From Kiritimatiellia bacterium (GTDB taxonomy: Bacteria; Verrucomicrobiota; Kiritimatiellia; JAAZAB01), in assembly GCA_040767085.1 (NCBI GenBank), contig JAXGPF010000007.1:128001-192000 (forward strand): 64,000 bases of DNA, written 5' to 3'. Positions 20,793 to 32,070 of the stretch are shown here, piece by piece; position 1 is the first letter of the stretch; each line of letters opens with the position of its first letter. The notes below the pieces were generated by a model. It made no database searches. It worked only from the letters and a program-made list of their open reading frames with translations, and was not told where the DNA came from. Made by a program: the position numbers and the translations under genes.

Positions 20793-22679
20793 TCATTTAA
20801 ACTGCAGTTCGTACAAGCGCCGGTAGGCGCCACCGCGCGCCAGCAGTTCCTGGTGCGGACCGATTTCCACGATCCGGCCCTGGTCCAGCACGACGATCTT
20901 GTCGCAATGCACGATGGTGGACAGGCGGTGCGCAATGGCAAAGACCGTGCGGCCGGACATCACCTCGTCCAGCGCCGCCTGCACCAGGCGTTCGGACTCG
21001 GTATCCAGCGCGCTGGTGGCTTCATCCAGAATCAGGATCGGCGGATTGCGCAAAATGGCCCGGGCGATGGCCAGGCGCTGGCACTGGCCCCCGGACAGGC
21101 GCACGCCGCGTTCGCCGATGACCGTGTCGTAACCCGCGGGCATCCGCATGATGAAGTCATGCGCATGCGCGCGGCGCGCGGCGGCCTGGATGGCGTCGCG
21201 CGGCAAAGCGCCGCTGCCGTAGGCGATATTGGCGGCGACAGTGTCGTTGAACAAAAATGTGTCCTGTGTCACCAGGCCGATGCGGCTCCGCAAATCCGCC
21301 AGGCGCAACTCTCGCAAATCGGCTCCGTTCATCAAGACGCGGCCGGAACTGACATCGTAAAAGCGCGGCAGCAGGTTGACCAGGGTGGTTTTGCCGGCGC
21401 CGGAAGCGCCTACCAGGGCAATCCGCTCGCCCGCGTCCACGGCAAAATCGATGCCGCGCAATACCGGCTGCCCCGGCTCGTACTCAAAACACACGTGCTC
21501 GAAAACAACCGTCCGCAGCGGCAGGGCCAGGGGCCGGGCGGCGGCGTCGCGGATCAGCACCGGGGTGTCCAGAATCTCGAAAATCCGGTCGGCGGCGGCG
21601 GAAGTCTGCTGCACGTGCATGTGAATCTTGCTGAGTTTTTTTACCGGCTCGTACATCACCACCGCCGCCAGGGCAAAGGTGATGAAATCCTCGGCCGGCA
21701 TCCTGGCCCAGCGGGCGTATAACAGGACCAGCGCCAGGCCGGCCATGGAAATGAAAACGATCAGCGGTTCAATCGCGGCCTTGGCAATGGTCACGCGCAT
21801 GATGCGGCTGAAAAACAGCCGGCATTGCTCGCGGAAACGTCCGACTTCATAAGCTTCCATGCCGAAAGCCTTGACGATCCGGATGCCCGACAGGGTTTCC
21901 TGCATGATCGAAACCAGCTCCGCCAGGCGCTCCTGCCCGTGCCGGGCGTAGCGCCGCACCCGCCGGCCGAACAGGGCCACGGGCACGATGCAAACGGGAA
22001 ACAGCACCAGCATGCCCAAAGTCAGCCGGGCATCCAGGAACAACGCGTAGCCGACCGCGCCCAGCAGGACGAAAGGCTGCTTGACCAGGTCGCCGAGGAC
22101 GGACGAAACGGCGCGCTCGATCATCATCGAATCGTTCAGGGTGCGGGAAATCAACTCGCCGGTTTTGCGTTGGGAAAAGAAGCGGACGGACAAATCCTGC
22201 AAATGGCTGAAGGTGACCACCCGCAAATCCATCACCACGCGGTTGCCCACCCACTCGATGAAATAATCGCCTAAAAACTGGCCCACGCCCCGCAGCAAGC
22301 CGAAGGCCAGCAGTATGCCGAGCATGACCAACAGACTGCTGAAGCTGGAAGTCTGCAACATCTGGCCCAGCACGCCCCCGGCCGCCGCCTCCTCCGGCAG
22401 ATCGCCGATGCCGGCTCCCGGCGCTCCCGGAAACACATGGCCCAGCACACCCCCGGCCGCCTCTTCCGCGGGCAGATCGCCGGTGCCTGCTCCCGATGAT
22501 GCCGGGAACACATGGCTCAGCACACCCCGGCCCGCCGCCAGCATGCCGGTCATTGAGCCGCCGAAAAGCGCGCCGCAGAACATGCCGATCAACAGGCGCG
22601 GCAGGTACGGCCGGGCATAACGCACCAGCCTGCCATAAGTCTGCCACTGTACGGGCGGTTTGTTTTTTGCTTGCGGCAT
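20793..22679 (-). CDS. MsbA-like ABC exporter (TMD+NBD)
   Basis: GASGAGKT, LSGGQ, ILDEATSALD; six-TM N-domain. Confidence 0.9.
   Translation of the reverse strand: MPQAKNKPPVQWQTYGRLVRYARPYLPRLLIGMFCGALFGGSMTGMLAAGRGVLSHVFPASSGAGTGDLPAEEAAGGVLGHVFPGAPGAGIGDLPEEAAAGGVLGQMLQTSSFSSLLVMLGILLAFGLLRGVGQFLGDYFIEWVGNRVVMDLRVVTFSHLQDLSVRFFSQRKTGELISRTLNDSMMIERAVSSVLGDLVKQPFVLLGAVGYALFLDARLTLGMLVLFPVCIVPVALFGRRVRRYARHGQERLAELVSIMQETLSGIRIVKAFGMEAYEVGRFREQCRLFFSRIMRVTIAKAAIEPLIVFISMAGLALVLLYARWARMPAEDFITFALAAVVMYEPVKKLSKIHMHVQQTSAAADRIFEILDTPVLIRDAAARPLALPLRTVVFEHVCFEYEPGQPVLRGIDFAVDAGERIALVGASGAGKTTLVNLLPRFYDVSSGRVLMNGADLRELRLADLRSRIGLVTQDTFLFNDTVAANIAYGSGALPRDAIQAAARRAHAHDFIMRMPAGYDTVIGERGVRLSGGQCQRLAIARAILRNPPILILDEATSALDTESERLVQAALDEVMSGRTVFAIAHRLSTIVHCDKIVVLDQGRIVEIGPHQELLARGGAYRRLYELQFK
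22363..22539. repeat. In-frame 75-bp tandem repeat (about 2.3 copies)
   Basis: Units start at 22363, 22438 and 22513; encode GVLxHVFPxxxGAGxGDLPxExAAG. Confidence 0.9.
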
Positions 22680-22732
22680 GGTTATGTTACAACTGGGCAT
22701 TCCGCGGCGGCGCGCCGGCGGCGCCACGCAAC

Positions 22733-23656
22733 TCACTCGGCCAGAAATCGTTCCACCTCCAGAGCCGCCATGCAACCGGAGCCGGCGGCGGTCACCGCCT
22801 GGCGGTAACGGGAGTCCGCCACATCGCCGGCCGCGAACACGCCGCGCACGCTGGTGCGGGTATTGTCGGAACGGATGTAGCCTTTTTCGTCCATGGCCAC
22901 CTGGCCGGCAAAGGGTGCGGTGTTGGGCCGGTGGCCGATGGCAATGAAAACGCCGGCCGCTGCCAGGTCGGACATGGCGCCGGTTTTTACGTTTTTCAGG
23001 CGCAGTCCGGTGACTTCGTTGCGGTTGACATCCAGGACTTCCGCCACCACGCTGTCCCAGCGGATGTCAATCTTGGGATGCTGCCGGACACGTTCAGCCA
23101 TGATCCGCGAGGCGCGGAACTGGTCGCGCCGGTGAATCACCGTCACGCGCGAAGCGAAGCGGGTCAGGAAGAGGGCGTCTTCCATGGCCGTATCGCCGCC
23201 GCCAACCACGGCGACGGGGACGCCCCGGTAGAGCGCGCCGTCGCAGGTCGCGCAACCCGAAACGCCCCGCCCGATCAGCGCCTGTTCCGATGGCAGTCCC
23301 AGATAAACGGCGGACGCGCCGGTGGCAATGATGACGGCGCGGCCCGCCAATTCCGCGCCGGTATCCAGGCGAACGCGCAGCGGACTTTGCTGGAAATCGC
23401 AACCGGCCACCGCGCCGCTCAACACGCGCGCGCCGAAGCGCTCGGCCTGGCGCCGCATCTGGAGAGTCAATTCCGTACCGTCAATCCCCTCCGGAAAGCC
23501 AGGATAGTTTTCCACCTCGGTGGTGGTGGTCAATTGGCCGCCCGGCTGGGGCCCCTCGATCAGGACCGGATTCAGGCTGGCGCGCGCCGTGTAGATGGCG
23601 GCGGTCCAGCCGGCCGGGCCGGCGCCGATAATGATGACATTTTCCGCTGGTTCCAT
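22733..23656 (-). CDS. trxB: Thioredoxin reductase
   Basis: GAGPAG, CATCDG, GGGDTA, FAAGDV. Confidence 0.97.
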   Translation of the reverse strand: MEPAENVIIIGAGPAGWTAAIYTARASLNPVLIEGPQPGGQLTTTTEVENYPGFPEGIDGTELTLQMRRQAERFGARVLSGAVAGCDFQQSPLRVRLDTGAELAGRAVIIATGASAVYLGLPSEQALIGRGVSGCATCDGALYRGVPVAVVGGGDTAMEDALFLTRFASRVTVIHRRDQFRASRIMAERVRQHPKIDIRWDSVVAEVLDVNRNEVTGLRLKNVKTGAMSDLAAAGVFIAIGHRPNTAPFAGQVAMDEKGYIRSDNTRTSVRGVFAAGDVADSRYRQAVTAAGSGCMAALEVERFLAE

Positions 23657-24023
23657 GATGCGCTCCGGGTGCTTCGCGTTGCTGAACTGCGGTCCATACT
23701 ACATGATTACCAAAAAATATTCCATTACATATTGCCTGAATTTTGCACGAATATTGGTGTTGAAACGATTTCACGCAATCATAGAGCGGGCAAATTAATT
23801 TTCGCACGGTTACTTACTGTCACCCATATGGTTACACAAGCATAGTTTTCAAAAGCACCAATTTTCGCCCGCCGTCGCACGGAATGCTATGGCGGGCACA
23901 GCCCGCAGCCGGCCGCGCGATTTTGGCGCGGTGCAGTGTTGGCAGGGATTCCATGTATAAGAATACACCATCACCCTTGCCGCCTTGCCCCGCGCAAAAC
24001 TTCCGCGGTGCAATATTCAGGCA

Positions 24024-24052
24024 TTGACTTCCCGTGCAAATGCTTTTAGTGT
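24024..24052 (+). promoter_or_regulatory. sigma70-like promoter of the dUTPase gene
   Basis: TTGACT-N17-TAGTGT. Confidence 0.45.
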
Positions 24053-24096
24053 GCTGGACAGCCGCCGCACTTCCACTTCCAACCCAGGGGGACCAC

Positions 24097-24477
24097 ATGG
24101 CCGACATGCTTGAAGAAATTTTCCGTTTGCAGGGTGAATTAAACCAGCGCATTGGCGTTGACACGCTTAACCTGCCCGCGTCGGAGCAGCCGCAATGGAT
24201 TTTGAACTACTGCCGGGCGCTTTCCCAGGAAATCGCCGAATTGACCGACAGCGTGCCGTGGAAATGGTGGGCCAAGTACCAGAAATTCGACAAGCAAAAC
24301 GCCCGGGTGGAAGTGGCGGACATGTTTCACTTCCTTGTCTCGCTGGCCCAGGTGCTGGGCATGTCGGCGCAGGACATCTACCAGGCTTACCGGCAAAAAC
24401 ACCAGGTCAACCTGCAGCGCCAGGATGGCGGCTATACGACAAAGGACGAAGATGACAGCCGGCACATCGGCGTCTGA
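24097..24477 (+). CDS. Dimeric all-alpha dUTPase (MazG-like fold)
   Basis: EIAEL..SVPWKWW, EVADMFHF, KHQVNLQRQ. Confidence 0.85.
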   Translation: MADMLEEIFRLQGELNQRIGVDTLNLPASEQPQWILNYCRALSQEIAELTDSVPWKWWAKYQKFDKQNARVEVADMFHFLVSLAQVLGMSAQDIYQAYRQKHQVNLQRQDGGYTTKDEDDSRHIGV

Positions 24478-24559
24478 GCGGCGGGGCCGCTCCGCTGCCT
24501 GACGGCGGTTAACGGCGCTCCCCGGCCCCGCCCTGCGGGCCGCGCGGGCGGCGCCGCCG

Positions 24560-26269
24560 TCAGGTGTACTTCAGCACTTCTTCCACGGTGGTGTAGCCGT
24601 CCAGGATGTTGCGGACGCCGTCATCGCGCAGCAGGCGCATGCCCAGTTCGATGGCCTTGTTGCGCAGCACCATGGTCGGCTTGCGTTCGTTGATCAGCAC
24701 GCGGAGAGCGTCGTTCACCGCCATGTATTCGTACAGCCCCTTGCGTCCGTGATAGCCGGTCTGATGGCATTCCTCGCAGCCCTTGCCGTAATAAAACGGC
24801 TTGCCGGCCACGTCCGCCGGCTTGAGATTGAGCTGATCCAGCACCGATTCGTCCGGCTGGTAGGCCGTCTTGCATTTCTGGCAAATCGTGCGGACCAGCC
24901 GCTGGGCCAGCACCGATTCCAGGGTGGAGGAGATCAAGTAGGGCTCGACGTTCATGTCGATCAAGCGCGTCACGGCGCCGGGCGCGTCGTTGGTATGCAG
25001 CGTGCTGAGCACCAGGTGGCCGGTCAGGGAAGCCTGGATGGCGATCTGGGCGGTTTCCAGGTCGCGGATTTCACCGATCATGATGATGTCGGGATCCTGG
25101 CGCAGGAAAGCGCGGAGCACGCGCTGGAAATTCACGCCGATGGCTTCATTGGCCTGCACCTGGATAATGCCTTCGATATCGTATTCCACCGGGTCCTCCA
25201 CCGTCAGCAGCTTGGACTCAATGGTGTTGATCTTGCGCAGGCCGGAATAGAGCGTCGTGGTCTTGCCCGAACCGGTCGGCCCGGTGACGATCACAATGCC
25301 GTTGGGCTTCTGGATGTCCAGGTTGAAGGTGTCGAAGACGTCCGGCGGCATGCCCAGGTTTTCCAGTTCCAGCGAAACGGTGGAGCGGTCAAGAATACGC
25401 AGCACCACGCTTTCGCCGAATTGGGTGGGCAGGGTGGAAACGCGGAAATCAATCTGCCGGCCCAGCATCGGCAACTGCAGGCGGCCGTCCTGCGGCAGGC
25501 GCCGCTCGGCGATATTCAGGTTCGACATCACCTTGATGCGCGAAACCACGGGCAGCGCCAGGCGCTTGGGCGGCGGCGACATCTCGTAAAGCGCGCCGTC
25601 CACCCGGTAGCGGATTTTGAATTCTTTTTCGAACGGCTCAAAATGGATGTCCGAAGCCTTGGCCTGGACGGCTTCATACAGCACCAGGTTCACGAACCGC
25701 ACCACCGGCGCGGCGTTGGCCGCCTGCTCCAGCCCCTGCAAATCCTCCTTGTCTTCCGTCAGTTCCAGCATTCCGTCGGACGCCAGGTCCGTTTCCAGGG
25801 CGGAGAGCAGGTCGTTCACGGAAGCGTTATCCTCGCCGTATAAACGGGCGATCAGGGTGCGCACATCCGCTTCCCGGGCCAGCACGAAGGAGACATCGCG
25901 GGTCAGAACGAAACGGATTTCATCCATGGTTTCCGGCGGCACCAGTTCCGAGGAGGCCAGGGTCACGGTTTGCTGGTCATAGCTGACCGGCGCCATGTTA
26001 TACATGCGGGCCACGCTGGCAGGAATGGACTTGGCGATTTCGGGGGGGATTTCCAGGTCCGCCAGGTTGACCATGGTGGCGCCCATGTGGTTGGCGATCA
26101 GCACCAGCAGGTCGTCTTCGGTCAAGGCGCCCATATCCAGCACAATCTTGCGGATGGGCGTGCCTGCGCGGCGCTGTTCCTCCAGCGCCTCCTCCACCTG
26201 GGCGTCGGTCAGCGCGCCGGCTTCCGCCAGCAGTTCCAGCAAAGGATCGTTATGCGTGCTCGCGGCCAT
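24560..26269 (-). CDS. PilB/GspE family assembly ATPase
   Basis: [22 protein letters not shown], CxxC...CxxC zinc motif. Confidence 0.93.
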   Translation of the reverse strand: MAASTHNDPLLELLAEAGALTDAQVEEALEEQRRAGTPIRKIVLDMGALTEDDLLVLIANHMGATMVNLADLEIPPEIAKSIPASVARMYNMAPVSYDQQTVTLASSELVPPETMDEIRFVLTRDVSFVLAREADVRTLIARLYGEDNASVNDLLSALETDLASDGMLELTEDKEDLQGLEQAANAAPVVRFVNLVLYEAVQAKASDIHFEPFEKEFKIRYRVDGALYEMSPPPKRLALPVVSRIKVMSNLNIAERRLPQDGRLQLPMLGRQIDFRVSTLPTQFGESVVLRILDRSTVSLELENLGMPPDVFDTFNLDIQKPNGIVIVTGPTGSGKTTTLYSGLRKINTIESKLLTVEDPVEYDIEGIIQVQANEAIGVNFQRVLRAFLRQDPDIIMIGEIRDLETAQIAIQASLTGHLVLSTLHTNDAPGAVTRLIDMNVEPYLISSTLESVLAQRLVRTICQKCKTAYQPDESVLDQLNLKPADVAGKPFYYGKGCEECHQTGYHGRKGLYEYMAVNDALRVLINERKPTMVLRNKAIELGMRLLRDDGVRNILDGYTTVEEVLKYT

Positions 26270-26281
26270 TTTTCCTCGCTC

Positions 26282-27376
26282 TCAACGCTTGCGGGCGCCG
26301 GCGGCGCCCTGTAATTTAGCGGCAATGGCGGACTGATCCTGCGCCTTGGTAATCAGTTCGTCGTACCCGATGACGCCGGCCTCGTATAAAACCATCAGGT
26401 GCGCATCCAGGGTGACCATGCCCCACTTCGCGCCGGTCTGGATATCCGACGGAATGCGGAAGGTCTTGTTGTCCCGGATCAGCTGCTGGATTGACGGGGT
26501 GGTGATCATAATCTCGAAGGCCGCAACGCGGCCGGGGCGGTCCTGGCGCACCAGCAGCAGCTGCGAGACGACGGCGATGATGGTGGACGCCAGTTGGGTG
26601 CGAATCTGCTCCTGCTGGTCGGTCGGAAAAGCATCCACGATGCGGTCCACCGTGCGCGCGGCGCCGGTGGTGTGCAGGGTGGCCATGACCAGATGGCCGG
26701 TTTCCGCGGCCGAGATCGCGGCCTCCATGGTTTCCAGGTCGCGCATTTCGCCCACGAGAATGACATCCGGGTCCTGGCGCAGGGCGCGCCGCAGGGCCTC
26801 CTTGAAATTCGGCACGTCCACCCCGACTTCCCGCTGGGTGATCACCGATTTCTTGTGCGCATGGTAATACTCGATCGGATCTTCAATGGTGATGATGTGG
26901 CAGTCGCGTTCGGTGTTGATCACGTCGATCATGCTGGCCAGGGTGGACGTCTTGCCCGACCCGGTCGGGCCGGTGACCAGGATCAAGCCCCGCGGCCGGA
27001 AGAGCAAATCCTTGACCTGGGACGGCAACCCGATGTCTTCCAGCGTCATCAGCTTGGAAGGAATCTGCCGCAGCACCATGCCCACGTTGCCCCGGGCCTT
27101 CAGCACGCTCACGCGGAAACGCGCCGCCGTCCCGAAACTGAATCCGAAATCCACCCCGCCGATTTCCCGGACTTTCTGCTGGTAATTTTCGGAAGTGACG
27201 CTTTTCATCAGCCGCTCGGTGTCTTCCGGGGCCAGCGGCGGCGCGTCCAGCGGGCGCAAGCCGCCATGCACGCGCAGCATCGGCGGCAGGCCGACGGCGA
27301 GGTGCAGGTCCGACGCGCCCTCCTCCACCACCAACTGCAGCAGATCGGTCATGGTCACCGCGGCCGGAGCGCTCAT
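26282..27376 (-). CDS. pilT: Type IV pilus retraction ATPase PilT
   Basis: [36 protein letters not shown]. Confidence 0.93.
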   Translation of the reverse strand: MSAPAAVTMTDLLQLVVEEGASDLHLAVGLPPMLRVHGGLRPLDAPPLAPEDTERLMKSVTSENYQQKVREIGGVDFGFSFGTAARFRVSVLKARGNVGMVLRQIPSKLMTLEDIGLPSQVKDLLFRPRGLILVTGPTGSGKTSTLASMIDVINTERDCHIITIEDPIEYYHAHKKSVITQREVGVDVPNFKEALRRALRQDPDVILVGEMRDLETMEAAISAAETGHLVMATLHTTGAARTVDRIVDAFPTDQQEQIRTQLASTIIAVVSQLLLVRQDRPGRVAAFEIMITTPSIQQLIRDNKTFRIPSDIQTGAKWGMVTLDAHLMVLYEAGVIGYDELITKAQDQSAIAAKLQGAAGARKR

Positions 27377-29079
27377 GTTTCATCTCCCATGGTAATACCC
27401 AGCACCTCTTCCAGGGTGGTGATGCCGGCGACCACTTTCCGCAAACCATCCTCCCGCAGGGAGCGCATGCCTAATTCGCGGGCGCGCCGGCGCAAATCGT
27501 CCGCGGACACCTTGTTGTAAATCATCGCGCGCACGTCGTCATTCATGACGAAAATCTCGTACAGGCCCTTGCGCCCGCGATAGCCCGTGTGCGAACAGGC
27601 GGCGCAGCCGGCGCCCTTGACCAACTGCGCCTGGCGCATCTGCTCAGCCGCGGGGCCCAGCATTTTCAGTTCCTGTTCGGTGGGCTGATAAGGCTCCTTG
27701 CATTTATCGCAAATTACCCGCACCAGCCGCTGGGCCATGGTGGCGCGGATGGAAGTCGCCAGCAGGAACGGCTTGACGCCGATGTCCAGCAAGCGGGTAA
27801 TGGCGCTGGGCGCGTCGTTGGTATGCAGGGTGCTGAAAACCAGGTGGCCGGTCAGCGAAGCGTTGATGGCGATTTCGGCCGTGTCGTAATCGCGGATTTC
27901 GCCGACCATAATGATGTTCGGGGCCTGGCGCAGCATGGAACGGAGCACCGCCGGGAAATCCAGACCGATATCCTCGCGGATTTGGACCTGGTTGATGCCG
28001 GCGATCTGGTATTCCACCGGGTCTTCCGCCGTGATGATCTTGCGGTCCGGCCGGTTCAGATGGTTCAGGCAGGCGTAGAGGGTGGTCGTCTTGCCCGAAC
28101 CGGTGGGCCCGGTGATCAGGAGGATGCCGTCCGGCAGAGCGATCAAGCGCTCGAACGTCTGCTGGTCATCGGCGAAAAATCCCAGCTTGGGCAATCCCAG
28201 CGCCAGGTTCTGCTTGCTGAGAATACGCATGACTATGCTTTCGCCGTGCGAGGACGGCACGGTGGACACGCGCAAGTCCAGGTCTTCGCCGGCGACGTTG
28301 ATCTGGATGCGCCCGTCCTGCGGCACACGCTTTTCGGCGATTTTCATGCCGGCCATCAGCTTGAGCCGGCTGATGATCACCGCCTGCAGCCGCTTGGGCG
28401 GGCTTTCCACCTCGTGCAGCACGCCGTCAATGCGGTAGCGCACCCGGAAGCGTTTTTCCAGGGGCTCGAGGTGGATATCCGAGGCGCGGCTGCGCTGGGC
28501 TTCCAGGATGATCAGACTGACCAGCTTGATGATGGGCGCGTCGTTGTCGGTGGTGGAGGCATCGTCCGCCATCTCGCTCATGTTGACCGACATTTCCGTG
28601 CCATCCGCCGTACCCTGTTCCAGCAATTCCTCGATGGACTTCTCGGCGCGGCCGTAATAATGATCCAGGGCCACTTCGATTTCCTCGTCGGACGCCACGA
28701 CGCCTTCGACGTTGCGCTTCAGAATATAGCGCAGGCTGTCCAGGGTTTCGATATTGAGCGGATCGCTCAAAGCCACGGTCAGGGAGTTGTCGGCGATGTG
28801 CACCGGCACCACCTTGTAGCGGCGCGCGATTTCCGCGGGCACCTGCTGGATCACCTCGTTGGGGATGTCATGGTCCGCCAGCACGATGACATCCATGCCC
28901 AACTGCATGGCCACGGTCTTCAGCACTTCCATTTTGGAAAGCACGCCCTCTTCCACCAGCAGGTCCACCGGGCTTTTATGGGTCTGCTCCGCCCGGCGCC
29001 GCGCGCTCTCGATCTGGTCCGGTTTGACCAGGCCGACATCCCGCAGGATTTCAATGATATAATCGTCGTTGCCGGTCAC
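27373..29079 (-). CDS. PilB/GspE family assembly ATPase (second paralog)
   Basis: Same motifs; likely GTG start at 29079 (VTGNDDY), since the longer ORF overlaps gatB. Confidence 0.92.
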   Translation of the reverse strand: MTGNDDYIIEILRDVGLVKPDQIESARRRAEQTHKSPVDLLVEEGVLSKMEVLKTVAMQLGMDVIVLADHDIPNEVIQQVPAEIARRYKVVPVHIADNSLTVALSDPLNIETLDSLRYILKRNVEGVVASDEEIEVALDHYYGRAEKSIEELLEQGTADGTEMSVNMSEMADDASTTDNDAPIIKLVSLIILEAQRSRASDIHLEPLEKRFRVRYRIDGVLHEVESPPKRLQAVIISRLKLMAGMKIAEKRVPQDGRIQINVAGEDLDLRVSTVPSSHGESIVMRILSKQNLALGLPKLGFFADDQQTFERLIALPDGILLITGPTGSGKTTTLYACLNHLNRPDRKIITAEDPVEYQIAGINQVQIREDIGLDFPAVLRSMLRQAPNIIMVGEIRDYDTAEIAINASLTGHLVFSTLHTNDAPSAITRLLDIGVKPFLLATSIRATMAQRLVRVICDKCKEPYQPTEQELKMLGPAAEQMRQAQLVKGAGCAACSHTGYRGRKGLYEIFVMNDDVRAMIYNKVSADDLRRRARELGMRSLREDGLRKVVAGITTLEEVLGITMGDET

Positions 29080-29093
29080 GATGTGATCCCTTG

Positions 29094-30590
29094 TTATGAC
29101 AAACGTTTTTCCAACAATTCGCGCACGAGGCGGGGGTTGGCCTTGCCCTTGCAATGGCGCATCACCTGGCCGATCAGGAACTGCAGCGCCGCGGCCTTGC
29201 CGGCGCGGAAATCTTCCGCGGACTTGGGCTGCTCCGCCAGCACCTGCTCCACCACGGGCGCCAGGGCGCTGTCGTCGCTGATCTGCGCTAAATTCTGCTC
29301 GGCGACGATCCGCCCCGGCATGCCGCCGCTGGCGCATAACTGGGCAAAGATAGCTTTGGCGGTCGGCATGTTGACGGCCTGGTTTTCCGCCAGCGCCGCC
29401 AGTTCCGCCAGCGCCGCGGGCGTCACGGCCGCGCGGCCGATGGCCAGGTTGTTTTCCGAAAGATACCGCAGCATCTCCGTCATCATCCAGTTCGCCACCG
29501 CCTTGGCGGAAGCCGGCGGGCGCGCGGCCGCAGCGAGGCGCGCGGCTGTTTCGAAATAATCCGCCACGGCCTTGTCCGCGGCCAGCACCCGGGCATCGTA
29601 GGCGGTAATCCCGTATTCGCGTTCCAGGCGTTCGCAGCGCTGGCGGGGCAGTTCCGGCAGGGTTGCCGCCCAGTCCTGGAGCTGCGCGGCGGTCAGAACC
29701 ACCGGCGGCAGGTCGGGATCCGGGAAATAACGGTAATCGTGGGCGTCTTCCTTGGTGCGCATGGAGGCGGTCACCCCCTGCTCGCCCAGCCACCGGCGCG
29801 TCTCCTGGCGCACCGCGCCGCCGCCGCGCACAACTTCCATCTGGCGCGCAATTTCAAATTGCAGCGCCTGGAACACGCCTTTAAAGGTGTTCATGTTTTT
29901 GATTTCGGTTTTGACGCCGAGCGCGCTTTGGCCCGCCGGCCGCACACTGCAATTGATATCGCAGCGCAGGTTGCCCTCCTCCAGGTTGCACGGGCTGATG
30001 CCCCCGTACACCAGGATCTGCTTCAAGGCCAGTAGAAACGCGAAAGTCTCTTCCGGCGAATGCAAGTCCGGCTCGGTCACGATTTCCATCAACGGATGCC
30101 CGGCGCGATTGAAATCCACCCGGCTTGTCTCCCGGTAATGCATGTTCTTCGCCACATCTTCCTCGAGATGAATCCGGGTCAACCGCACGGTTTTGGCTTC
30201 CGCCGCGCCGCCTTCGGCGCCGCCCGGCAGGGCGACGCCGGCTTCCCGGCCCAGCGCGAAAGACAGGGAACCGCCCAGGCACAGCGGCTGGTCGTATTGT
30301 GAAATCTGGTAGTTTTTCGGCATGTCGGGGTAAAAATAGTGCTTGCGGTCGAACTTGCTGCGGGGATTGATCCGGCAGCCCAGCATCATGCCGGCCAGCA
30401 CTGTCAAGCGCACGGCCTCGGCGTTGATCACCGGCAGGGCGCCGGGATACCCCAGGCAAACCGGGCAGACCAGCGTGTTGGGCGGCGCGCCGAAATCCGT
30501 GCCGCAGGCGCAGAACATCTTCGAACGCGTGTCCAATTGCACATGGATTTCCAACCCGATGTCGGCGGTCATGTTTGCTTGCGTTTCCAT
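29094..30590 (-). CDS. gatB: Asp/Glu-tRNA amidotransferase subunit B
   Basis: IGLEIHVQL, YFYPDMPKNYQISQ, YRYFPDPD. Confidence 0.98.
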   Translation of the reverse strand: METQANMTADIGLEIHVQLDTRSKMFCACGTDFGAPPNTLVCPVCLGYPGALPVINAEAVRLTVLAGMMLGCRINPRSKFDRKHYFYPDMPKNYQISQYDQPLCLGGSLSFALGREAGVALPGGAEGGAAEAKTVRLTRIHLEEDVAKNMHYRETSRVDFNRAGHPLMEIVTEPDLHSPEETFAFLLALKQILVYGGISPCNLEEGNLRCDINCSVRPAGQSALGVKTEIKNMNTFKGVFQALQFEIARQMEVVRGGGAVRQETRRWLGEQGVTASMRTKEDAHDYRYFPDPDLPPVVLTAAQLQDWAATLPELPRQRCERLEREYGITAYDARVLAADKAVADYFETAARLAAAARPPASAKAVANWMMTEMLRYLSENNLAIGRAAVTPAALAELAALAENQAVNMPTAKAIFAQLCASGGMPGRIVAEQNLAQISDDSALAPVVEQVLAEQPKSAEDFRAGKAAALQFLIGQVMRHCKGKANPRLVRELLEKRLS

Positions 30591-30607
30591 TCCCGATCAC
30601 ACCCGAA

Positions 30608-32068
30608 TTATGCGCCGCGGCGCGGCCAGCCGGCCGCCTGCTCGTACGCGTGGCCGACGCGCAGGATGACGTCTTCGCGGAAAGCCGGCCCGACAACCTG
30701 CAACCCCACCGGCAACCCGGCGGCGGTGAAGCCGCAGGGCACGGACAGGGCGCAGTTTCCCGCCAGATTGGCCGGCACGGTGAAAATATCGCCGAGATAC
30801 ATCTGCAGCGGGTTGTCCAGCACCTCGCCCAGCTTGTAGGCCGCGGTTGGCGTCACAGGCGCCAGGAGGGCGTCGCATTCCCGGAACGCCCCGGCAAAAT
30901 CGTCGCGGATGAGCGCCCGCGCCTTCTGGGCGCGGACGTAATAGGCGTCGTAATACCCGCTGCTCAAAACATAAGCCCCCAGGATGATGCGCCGCTTGAC
31001 CTCGGCGCCGAATCCAGCGGCGCGGGTGCGGCAATACATTTCATCCGGATCGGCGGCATCCGCCGCCCGGCGGCCGTAGCGCACGCCGTCGAAACGCGCC
31101 AGATTGGCGGAAGCCTCCGCGCAGGAGATGATGTAATACGCCGCCACGGCGTGTCTGGTCGTGGGCAGGCTGACTTCCGTCAGCCGTGCGCCCAGCCGCT
31201 CGCACGCGCGGATCGCCGTTTGCACGGCCTGCTCCACTTCCGGGGCAATGCCGCCGACGAAATATTCGCGCGGCAACCCCAGCCGCAAGCCCCGCAAATC
31301 CGGCTGCAGCGCCGCCTGTAAATCCGGCAGCGGCAGGTCGGCGGCGGTGGAATCCAGGGGATCGCTCCCGCCCATCACTGCCAGCAGCCGGGCGGCGTCG
31401 GCAACCGTTTTCGTCAGCGGCCCGATCTGATCCAGGGAAGAGGCGAAAGCCGTCAGTCCGTAGCGCGACACGCGGCCGTAGGATGGTTTCAGGCCCACGC
31501 AGCCGCAAAAGGCCGCGGGCTGCCGCACCGATCCGCCGGTGTCCGAGCCCAGGGCGGCCAAAGCTTCATCCGCCGCCACCATCGCCGCCGAGCCGCCGCT
31601 GGAACCGCCCGGCACCCGGGAAGCATCCCAGGGATTGCGGGTGATTTTGACCGCGGAATTTTCCGTGGTCGAACCCATGGCGAATTCATCCATATTGGCG
31701 CGTCCCAAAAAAACCGCGCCGGCGGCGCGCAGGCGGGCGATCGCCGTGGCATCGTAAGGCGCCGTATAGCCCTCCAGGATGCGGGAAGCGCACCCGCAAG
31801 GTTGGCCGGCAACGTTGATGACATCCTTGACGGCCAGGGGCACGCCCAGCAGGGGCGCGCGGCGGCCGTCGCGCCGCTGGGCGTCCGCTGCGCGCGCCTG
31901 GCGCAGCGCGTCCTCTTCATCCAGGTGAACATAGGCGCCCAGTTCGCCGTCCCGGGCGCGGATGGAATCCAGCAAATCGCCGACCAGCTCTTCCGAGGTA
32001 CAGCCGCCCTGATCGAGCATATCCACGGCCTGCCCGACCGTCAGAGTATTGAATTGCGGCATGGGCAT
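30608..32068 (-). CDS. gatA: Asp/Glu-tRNA amidotransferase subunit A
   Basis: GGSSGGS, GSDTGGS, EVKRRIILG; start 32062-32074 uncertain. Confidence 0.98.
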   Translation of the reverse strand: MPMPQFNTLTVGQAVDMLDQGGCTSEELVGDLLDSIRARDGELGAYVHLDEEDALRQARAADAQRRDGRRAPLLGVPLAVKDVINVAGQPCGCASRILEGYTAPYDATAIARLRAAGAVFLGRANMDEFAMGSTTENSAVKITRNPWDASRVPGGSSGGSAAMVAADEALAALGSDTGGSVRQPAAFCGCVGLKPSYGRVSRYGLTAFASSLDQIGPLTKTVADAARLLAVMGGSDPLDSTAADLPLPDLQAALQPDLRGLRLGLPREYFVGGIAPEVEQAVQTAIRACERLGARLTEVSLPTTRHAVAAYYIISCAEASANLARFDGVRYGRRAADAADPDEMYCRTRAAGFGAEVKRRIILGAYVLSSGYYDAYYVRAQKARALIRDDFAGAFRECDALLAPVTPTAAYKLGEVLDNPLQMYLGDIFTVPANLAGNCALSVPCGFTAAGLPVGLQVVGPAFREDVILRVGHAYEQAAGWPRRGA

Positions 32069-32070
32069 CC

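Noticed and set aside
22363-22539. CRISPR array
   Set aside because: Contiguous in-frame coding repeat without spacers; no cas genes or arrays seen in the window.
29080-29793. 238-aa N-terminal extension of the PilB ORF
   Set aside because: Overlaps gatB in another frame; the real start is likely GTG 29079.
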